NCBI GenBank assembly: GCA_963678065.2
Contig: CAXXVZ010000003.1
Span: 544,001 to 608,000 of the forward strand
Direction: 5' to 3'
Length of the DNA: 64,000 nt
Source: Treponemataceae bacterium
GTDB taxonomy: Bacteria; Spirochaetota; Spirochaetia; Treponematales; Rectinemataceae
The notes under the pieces were generated by a model that saw only the letters and a program-made list of their open reading frames with translations, was not told the DNA's origin and did not search any database. This document shows positions 57,590-64,000 of this stretch, one piece after another. The position numbers and the translations under genes are program-made. How positions within the stretch are numbered: the stretch's first letter is position 1; each line of letters begins with the position of its first letter.

Positions 57590-58914
57590 CAGAACCCTTC
57601 CCGCACCATCTGGCGGAAGATATCCTCTATTTTACCGAGAGCCACATCGAGAATCTCCTTGCTGTGCGCCGAAGTGATGCCGGAGTGCATGGGAGTCAAG
57701 CCGTCGCCATAGTCATGGAAGTACATGCCACTGCCTGTAGCGAGCTCGACGAATCTCCGAGCGGATTTTGGCCGGTAGAAACTGGCCGCTTCGCGGTAGT
57801 CATACGTCGCGTGATCCAAACCGAAAAAGAGTCCAAAGCGTGCCCCAAGACCAAGGAGGATCCCCTTGAGGCCAGTACTGGAGAAGAGCACGTTCACTCT
57901 TTCGTAGAAATAGTTGGCATTGAAGTTCAATCGCTCATAGAAACCAGGCTGATCCAGTACTTTCAAACCGGCGAGCCCTGCCATGACTCCCATAAGAGGG
58001 CCGGTATAGGTGCCGCTCATCACAACCGGTCCTATAGGGTTCAGGTGGCTCATCACTTCGTCCGATCCGGCCAAAGCGGCGATACCCATCCCGTTGCCCA
58101 GTACCTTGCCCAAGGTTGTCAGGTCAGGGGTTACGCCGTAATGCCCCTGAGCCGAACCGCGGCCCATGCGGAATCCTGACAGAACCTCGTCAAAGATAAG
58201 TACGATATTCTCTTTCTTCGTGATTTCACGCACCATCTGGAGGTAGGAAGGTCGCGGTTCAATGCAGCCTGCGTTGTACATGATCGGTTCCATGATGACA
58301 GCCGCGATTTCCCCCCGGTGGGCTTTGACAGTTCTTTCAAAAATTTCAATGTCGTTGAAAGGAATGACGATAAGAAGGTCATCCAGCTCAGGAACCATGC
58401 CTGCGGTGTCCCGTATTTTCTGTATCTCTCCGGACGATTCCACCGCTCCCAGTCTGTTGTGCCAGTTGTAAAATACAAATTCATGCATGCCATGGAAGTG
58501 GCCTTCAAACTTGATCACCTTGCGCCGGCCTGAATATTCGCGCGCCAGCCGCAGGGCCGCGAGGGTTGCCTCGGTTCCGGAATTGGCGAGTCGGACCTTC
58601 TGGGCGCAGGGAAGCATTGTGGATACCTGTTCGGCGAGTTCGGCGTGATAGGGTGATTCAAAATTGATGAAATATCCGAGCTCCAGACTTTTCTGCAGAG
58701 CCTCACGCATTGATGGATGATTGAACCCGAGGAGGGTAGCGCCGCTGCACGAGTGAAAATCGACCCACTCCCTGCCATCGACATCCTTCATGATGCAGCC
58801 GTCTGCCGACTCGAGGATGAGCGGTTTCTGAAGCACACGATGGTATCTGCCGCCTGCGGAGACGCCCCCAACCATGTAATTTTTTGCTTTCTGGAAAATG
58901 TCATCTGATCTCAT
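57589..58914 (-). CDS. class III PLP enzyme, glutamate-1-semialdehyde aminomutase-like
   Basis: DVDG...DF, NSGTEAT, KFEGHFHG, EP, FDEVLSGFR, PDLTTLGK (PLP Lys), SGTY.G. Confidence 0.9.
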   Translation of the reverse strand: MRSDDIFQKAKNYMVGGVSAGGRYHRVLQKPLILESADGCIMKDVDGREWVDFHSCSGATLLGFNHPSMREALQKSLELGYFINFESPYHAELAEQVSTMLPCAQKVRLANSGTEATLAALRLAREYSGRRKVIKFEGHFHGMHEFVFYNWHNRLGAVESSGEIQKIRDTAGMVPELDDLLIVIPFNDIEIFERTVKAHRGEIAAVIMEPIMYNAGCIEPRPSYLQMVREITKKENIVLIFDEVLSGFRMGRGSAQGHYGVTPDLTTLGKVLGNGMGIAALAGSDEVMSHLNPIGPVVMSGTYTGPLMGVMAGLAGLKVLDQPGFYERLNFNANYFYERVNVLFSSTGLKGILLGLGARFGLFFGLDHATYDYREAASFYRPKSARRFVELATGSGMYFHDYGDGLTPMHSGITSAHSKEILDVALGKIEDIFRQMVREGF

Positions 58915-58938
58915 GCAATACCTCGCTTTTGCGGGTGG

Positions 58939-59766
58939 CTATCCTTTGACAGCCCCTGCGGTAAGTCCTGCGATAATGTGGCGTTGTGTCAGAAAGGCTA
59001 TGAGTAGAACAGGAAGCGTGATGATGATTGATGCCGCCATGAGGGCGCCCCAGTTGATCTGGGCATAGGAGACGAAATTGAACAATGCCAGAGGCAGGGT
59101 TTTTGTATTGCCGCCGCTCAGGACCATCGAGAATACAAAATTGTTCCAGGAAAATACGAAGGAGAGCAATGAAGCAGTTATGATTCCCGGACTCGCCAGC
59201 GGAAGCACGATCTTCGTGAAGGAATCAATAGTGTAGCAGCCGTCCACACGGGCAGATTCCTCGATTTCTCTGGGCATGGCATCGAAAAACGGAACCATTA
59301 TCCAGATGATGAACGGTAGATTGATCAGAAGGTGGCTCAGCGTCAGGGCAATGTAGGTATCGATCAGTCCGATACGCGAGAAGATTATGAACCAGGGGAT
59401 CAAGAAGGTGATGCCTGGGAAAAAACGGATTACGAGGATCACCATGCCGAACTTTTTTTGCTTGTATCGCGCTATCGCGTATGAAGCCGGCAGCCCGATC
59501 AACAAGCCGATGGCAGTGGAAAGAGTGGCGACTATCAGGCTGTTGGCGATTGGTTTCAAGAAGTCATAGCCGGAGAAAACCGCCAGATAGTTTTGAAAAG
59601 TCGGCGTGAATATGAAAAGATTCTTCATCGACTGTATCTGCACCTGGGTCTTGAATGACGCGAGCAGCATCCAGATGATGGGGAACAGTACGACGAGAAG
59701 AATAAGTGCCAGAGGAACATATGTGAGGGCTGTACGCTTTATGGATCTGATCTGCTTTGTGGTCAT
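58939..59766 (-). CDS. carbohydrate ABC transporter permease (MalG-like)
   Basis: EIEESARVDG EAA loop, FSWNNF, GLTAGAVKG. Confidence 0.94.
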   Translation of the reverse strand: MTTKQIRSIKRTALTYVPLALILLVVLFPIIWMLLASFKTQVQIQSMKNLFIFTPTFQNYLAVFSGYDFLKPIANSLIVATLSTAIGLLIGLPASYAIARYKQKKFGMVILVIRFFPGITFLIPWFIIFSRIGLIDTYIALTLSHLLINLPFIIWIMVPFFDAMPREIEESARVDGCYTIDSFTKIVLPLASPGIITASLLSFVFSWNNFVFSMVLSGGNTKTLPLALFNFVSYAQINWGALMAASIIITLPVLLIAFLTQRHIIAGLTAGAVKG

Positions 59767-59775
59767 GCGTTTCCC

Positions 59776-60666
59776 CTATGCCATGTCTTGCCGTTCGAGC
59801 TTATTCTTCAGGAAAAGCACGAGTAGGCTTACCGCAGTCACTGTTATCAGGAACAGGACGATCAACGCGGCTCCCCGGCCCATCTTGAAATAGCTGAATC
59901 CGAGCACATAGCCGAGAATGTTCAGGGTTTCAGAAGATTCGCCCGGGCCGCCTTGAGTCGTTGAGTAGATGATGTCATAGGTTTTCAAAGCGTCGATGAG
60001 CCGTATAAGCACCCCGACCAGTAAGGTCGGCAACACTTGCGGAATTGTTACGCGCGTCAGTATCTGGAATCCGTTCGCCCCGTCGATGCGGGCCGAATCG
60101 TAGGGATCCTGCGGCAGGATCGCGAGTCCAGCGAGAGAAATCAGCATTATTATGGGAGTCCATTGCCAGATATCGATCAGCATCAGCGAAAAGAGGACTG
60201 TTTTCCGCGAAGTGAGCCAGAGCTGGGGAGCGATACCCAGCCCGCCGAGGAGGTGATTGGCCAATCCGATTGTCGGCTCATAAATGAGGAGCCAAACCAT
60301 TCCCACAGCTACCGGTGTCGCCACCATCGGCAACAGGAAGATCGTCTTGGTCATATTCTTGCCGTGAAACTCCCTGTTAAGGAAGAGGGCGATGGCGAAA
60401 CCGAGTGTCGCCTCGATCGCCACCGCGCCGAAGGAGAAAACGAGCGTTCTGCTCATCGCTCCCCAGAAACGCGGGTCATTGAACAGACTCGCGTAATTCT
60501 TGAAACCGACCCATTTGGGCGTAGCATATGAACCAAGGTTCCAATCGCGGAAGCTCACGACAATAGTGGAGAGAAACGGAAAGGCAACCATAAGAATGAC
60601 GAATATCACCGCGGGCAGTGTGAATAGGAGCCGGATATTTTTCTCGACCCAGTCTTTGAACGCCAT
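59776..60666 (-). CDS. carbohydrate ABC transporter permease (MalF-like)
   Basis: VGFKNY, DIWQWTP, YDSARIDGA, TQGGPG. Confidence 0.94.
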   Translation of the reverse strand: MAFKDWVEKNIRLLFTLPAVIFVILMVAFPFLSTIVVSFRDWNLGSYATPKWVGFKNYASLFNDPRFWGAMSRTLVFSFGAVAIEATLGFAIALFLNREFHGKNMTKTIFLLPMVATPVAVGMVWLLIYEPTIGLANHLLGGLGIAPQLWLTSRKTVLFSLMLIDIWQWTPIIMLISLAGLAILPQDPYDSARIDGANGFQILTRVTIPQVLPTLLVGVLIRLIDALKTYDIIYSTTQGGPGESSETLNILGYVLGFSYFKMGRGAALIVLFLITVTAVSLLVLFLKNKLERQDMA

Positions 60667-60700
60667 ATGTGCTGCTTTATTGTGCTTCAGATTGTGAGAG

Positions 60701-60726
60701 CGGCAGGATGATCGCTCACCCTGCCG
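60701..60726. other. intercistronic stem-loop 3' of the binding-protein gene
   Basis: CGGCAGG...CCTGCCG stem; typical position for an mRNA-stabilising hairpin. Confidence 0.45.
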
Positions 60727-60760
60727 TCAAATATTTCAACAATACAAAGTCTGCGATAAA

Positions 60761-62053
60761 TTATTTCTTTTCGCCATCTATCAGTTCCTGGAATTCCTTG
60801 TTAGCCTGTCTGGCCGCTTTCGCTACGTCTCCACCCTCGAATCCAACCAGGATTGGCATGCTCACAATGTCACGAGCCTCATTCACATTGATCACTCGTG
60901 GCCTGTCCCAGCCGACTCCAATGAGATTGCTTGCATTCACGACTTCAACCAGCTCTTTGGGCCAGTTCTTGGTGGATTCGGGGTTTGCCCACACCGATTT
61001 ACGAGCCCCTGAGTTGCCGGCAGCCTGCAACTGCATAACGATATTTTTGCTGGTAACCCACTTCACGAAGAGGGCAGCGGCGTCCTTTTTCTTTGAAAAA
61101 TTACTGATGCCGATTGCGCCAGAGCACACATTGAATGGCTTGGAACCGGCAGGGCCCGCCGGGAAAACCGCGAAACCGATCTTGTCGCCGACTATGGATT
61201 TGTCCGGGGCCACGACGTTGAGGTAGATCGCATCGGCGTCAGTGAACATGCCAGCCTTGCCTTGGGCCATCAGAGCGGCTGCTTCAGGCCAACTGAAGTT
61301 GACAATACCGGGAGGACCGTATTTGCGCAGGATATCTGTGTAGTACTTGAAGGCCGCAATAGCTTCAGGAGTATCGATCACGGCTTTGTCCCCGATGTTG
61401 AATTCACCACCGAAACTATGCAGATAACTGGAGAATTGGGTAACGGCGATATTCTTTTTTCCACGATTCACAATCGCGTAGAAGCCGTTGGCAGGGTCAT
61501 TGATCTTCGACGCCACCACCATCATCTCATCGAGTGTTTTGGGCGGTTTCAAGCCTGCCTTCTCCAAAACATCCTTTCGGTAGTAGAGAATCTGATGTTC
61601 CGTCGTTGTGGGCAGACCGATGAGTTTGCCTTCATAGGTCAGACTCTCGATCGTCCCGGAAGTGAAATCCTTGAGGTCAAAAGCCTGATCGCCTTCCAAA
61701 TAGGGGGTCAAATCGGCCGCCCACAGGTTCTTGGCAAAAAGCTTTGTTTCATTCAAGGGCCTGATGTAGACCAAATCGAGTGAGGAAGACCGGGCATTGA
61801 ATTCCACCGCAATCTTGTTGCTCATCTGGTCAGTTCCGTATTCCTCGAACTGAACGGTGATACCCGTGCTTTCTTTGAACTCGGGAAGAAGCAGTTTCAC
61901 CGCTGTCGTCCACGGATGGACCGCAGTAATAAACCGCAGTGTCGTTCCCGAGTACTGCTTACTGAGAGGCGAGGCCGTTTTTTGCGCTCCCGCCATCGGT
62001 AAGGACAGTGAAAACACCGCCATTGCCAAGAACAACGCCCTCATTGAATGCAT
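60761..62053 (-). CDS. carbohydrate ABC transporter solute-binding protein
   Basis: Signal peptide, F..STGI.V, LYYRKD.LEKAGL.PPKT.DE; AGGAGG SD. Confidence 0.93.
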   Translation of the reverse strand: MHSMRALFLAMAVFSLSLPMAGAQKTASPLSKQYSGTTLRFITAVHPWTTAVKLLLPEFKESTGITVQFEEYGTDQMSNKIAVEFNARSSSLDLVYIRPLNETKLFAKNLWAADLTPYLEGDQAFDLKDFTSGTIESLTYEGKLIGLPTTTEHQILYYRKDVLEKAGLKPPKTLDEMMVVASKINDPANGFYAIVNRGKKNIAVTQFSSYLHSFGGEFNIGDKAVIDTPEAIAAFKYYTDILRKYGPPGIVNFSWPEAAALMAQGKAGMFTDADAIYLNVVAPDKSIVGDKIGFAVFPAGPAGSKPFNVCSGAIGISNFSKKKDAAALFVKWVTSKNIVMQLQAAGNSGARKSVWANPESTKNWPKELVEVVNASNLIGVGWDRPRVINVNEARDIVSMPILVGFEGGDVAKAARQANKEFQELIDGEKK

Positions 62054-62103
62054 ACCTACCTCCTGTCGTAATAAAGATAAGGTTATGGTTGGAAATCCGG
62101 ATT

Positions 62104-62147
62104 TGTCAATATAAAATATTTTATTTTTTATATTTGATTTTTGTCAA
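62104..62147 (-). promoter_or_regulatory. AT-rich promoter/operator of the catabolic operon
   Basis: TTGACA-18nt-TAAAAT on the minus strand; second TTGACA at 62109-62104; palindrome ATAAAATATTTTAT (62111-62124) over the -10. Confidence 0.6.
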
Positions 62148-62308
62148 TTGTGTCTACATCCTCCACCTTCAGACTTCAGATGGAAAGCTTCAGAACGAAA
62201 TATCGCTATCAGGGGTGAGGGATACATGACAACGCGAGCCCGTGAAAATGGGGTCTGCGGACCAATTGTGTTCAAGGGAGGAAATTTGCCGGAACTCAAA
62301 CAAAATCC

Positions 62309-62358
62309 TTGACAGATCATATTTCCCATAATATGGTAATGATTACCACAATATGGGA
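62309..62358 (+). promoter_or_regulatory. iclR promoter with overlapping palindromic operator
   Basis: TTGACA-17nt-TATGGT; 35-bp dyad 62324-62358 with perfect core TGGTAAT-G-ATTACCA. Confidence 0.7.
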
Positions 62359-62364
62359 GTAACG

Positions 62365-63162
62365 ATGGACCGCAAACCATTAATCCAGTCAGTAGAACGT
62401 GCACTTGAAATCCTGGATCTCGTAGGGGACTCGGAGCATCCAATTGGCTCGACGCAGATTGCACAGATGTTGAATTTGCATGTAAGCACAACGAATAATC
62501 TCATTCGGACACTTTTCCGGAAAGGGTATCTGAATCAAACCAATGACGGGAAATACCATATTGGCCTCCAGTGTTACAGTCTTGGATCGCTGTGCGATCG
62601 GTGGGGAATACTGCGAGATATCGCACAGATACACATCGCAGAACTTTCGGATAAAACAGGGGACAATTCTGTCCTGGCTTCGGAGAGCGGAGGCAGACTT
62701 ATCACAATCGCGAGCGCAGAAGGTTCAGGTGCGATAGTGATTTCGAATCAACATCTTTTTCGTGATCATCTCCACTGCACGGCAGTCGGAAAGCTCCTCA
62801 TGGCACACAGTACCGCCGAGTTCATAACTCTGCTCAAAAAGACTCGCCCACTACAGCGTTTCACTGAAAAGACGATCACGGACTGGGAGTCTCTGACTGC
62901 CAACCTGCAGAAAATCAAAGACCTGGGGTATTCCGTGAATAGAGGCGAAGGCCTATTGAGCGTCGCGGCAGTCGCAGTGCCCGTACTCGACGCCAAAGGG
63001 CATCTCGTTTGCGCCCTGGGTCAGTCTTTTCCCGACTACTTCATAGAAACGAAACAGGTCAACCTGGCCGAACGCATCGAGCTGGTCAGCAAATATGCCC
63101 GTCTCATCGGGAAGGACTACTGCGATGCATTCAAACACAAGAAAGGAATCGAGCAATGCTGA
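62365..63162 (+). CDS. IclR family transcriptional regulator
   Basis: IQSVERALEILD, HVST..NLI.TL..KGY, LHCTAVGK, FTEKTITD, GYS...GE. Confidence 0.94.
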   Translation: MDRKPLIQSVERALEILDLVGDSEHPIGSTQIAQMLNLHVSTTNNLIRTLFRKGYLNQTNDGKYHIGLQCYSLGSLCDRWGILRDIAQIHIAELSDKTGDNSVLASESGGRLITIASAEGSGAIVISNQHLFRDHLHCTAVGKLLMAHSTAEFITLLKKTRPLQRFTEKTITDWESLTANLQKIKDLGYSVNRGEGLLSVAAVAVPVLDAKGHLVCALGQSFPDYFIETKQVNLAERIELVSKYARLIGKDYCDAFKHKKGIEQC

Positions 63163-64000
63163 CAGCCGCAGATGTCAAGCGCGAAGCGATATTGTGCGGC
63201 GCAGACGATGTTGGCATCGGCGATCTTGGTCGATTCGACGGCGCGCCACAGGAGATGGATCCGCGTTATCTTTTCCCCGACGCAAAAAGCCTCATCTGTC
63301 TCATTTTCCGCATACCGCGCGGCCTCATCCGGGGTGTCGAGGAGGGGACTAACTTCTACCAATATCCTTCCATGGGCTATGGCGGCATCAATGAGGTGTT
63401 TGCGCCTACTGTCCTCTACGAACTCGGGCGGTATATCGAGTTGAATGGATTCGAGGCTGCGGTCTTTCGTAATGCGGGAGGGCGAGGCTCCGTTTCCGAC
63501 ATGACAGGGAAAAAAGAGCGTGAACTCTCGCCTGAACTCCATGGATCAGCTCTTTCGATCGGCTCTGAAACTACTCCAGTGGAACGTTCCCTCCAGGGTC
63601 TCCAATCTGTCAGGGTTGGCATACCCCCACCGGATGTATTCATCCACTTCCGCCTCGGCGCCTATATCTGCGGCCTTGGTGAGATCGGCTACAGCAAAAT
63701 GTTTCTCTCGTCGCGTTTCGGTCCATTGAACCGACAGGCTTTCATCCTTACGGATGCTCCTCTCGAACCGGATCCACTGTATTCGGGTCCAAAACTCTGC
63801 AACCGCTGCATGGCATGCGCGGTCGCCTGCCCGGGAAGCTGCATAAGCCGCAGCGAGGAAGTGAGCATCGAAGTCGCCCGGACGAAAGTCTCGTGGGGTA
63901 AACTCGACGAATGGAGTTGCTTCGGCTACTACATCGGCGCGGCGAAATCCTCGAATCCCTTCGTTAAGGACGAGATGTACGACAGTCTTCCGGGAGGCGA
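63156..64000 (+). CDS. QueG/reductive-dehalogenase-like Fe-S (probable corrinoid) protein, 3'-partial
   Basis: Hand-translated, open to the window end: MLTAADVKREAILCGADDVGIG..., AYICGLGEIGYS...FGP...ILTDAPLEPD, CNRCMACAVACP. Confidence 0.85.
   Translation, partial: MLTAADVKREAILCGADDVGIGDLGRFDGAPQEMDPRYLFPDAKSLICLIFRIPRGLIRGVEEGTNFYQYPSMGYGGINEVFAPTVLYELGRYIELNGFEAAVFRNAGGRGSVSDMTGKKERELSPELHGSALSIGSETTPVERSLQGLQSVRVGIPPPDVFIHFRLGAYICGLGEIGYSKMFLSSRFGPLNRQAFILTDAPLEPDPLYSGPKLCNRCMACAVACPGSCISRSEEVSIEVARTKVSWGKLDEWSCFGYYIGAAKSSNPFVKDEMYDSLPGG

Noticed and set aside
54389..58914. hemL plus hemE as a heme biosynthesis locus
   Set aside because: Both lack canonical motifs, no other hem genes are present, and the context is sugar uptake and catabolism.

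Overview
Bacterial chromosome window, most likely from a GC-rich treponeme-like spirochaete. The assignment is inferred from gene order (rplU-rpmA-obgE-nadD-yqeK-LCP-rsfS; ispE-spoVG-tRNA-Gln-rplY-tilS-ftsH; rpsF-ssb-rpsR-DUF2232-rplI-dnaB; rpsB-tsf-frr-uppS-cdsA-dxr-rseP without pyrH). Positions 1 to ~53.3 kb are housekeeping genes plus two tRNAs. From ~53.3 kb to the end lies an AT-richer accessory catabolic island: GntR regulator, URO-D/MtaA-like protein, amidohydrolase, LarA-family nickel-pincer racemase/epimerase, HemL-like class III PLP enzyme, sugar-type ABC importer, IclR regulator, and a QueG/reductive-dehalogenase-like Fe-S protein that runs off the window and is absent from the ORF track. 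A transposase-less pair of hairpins resembling IS200/IS605 ends sits at the island's left edge. This island is the best candidate for an undescribed system. Other oddities are an extremely acidic 106-aa protein with its own promoter, several apparently leaderless housekeeping mRNAs, an L27 with a shortened N-terminal tail, and a tRNA-Gln with a G11-C24 pair. All calls come from reading motifs by eye; no database searches were run.
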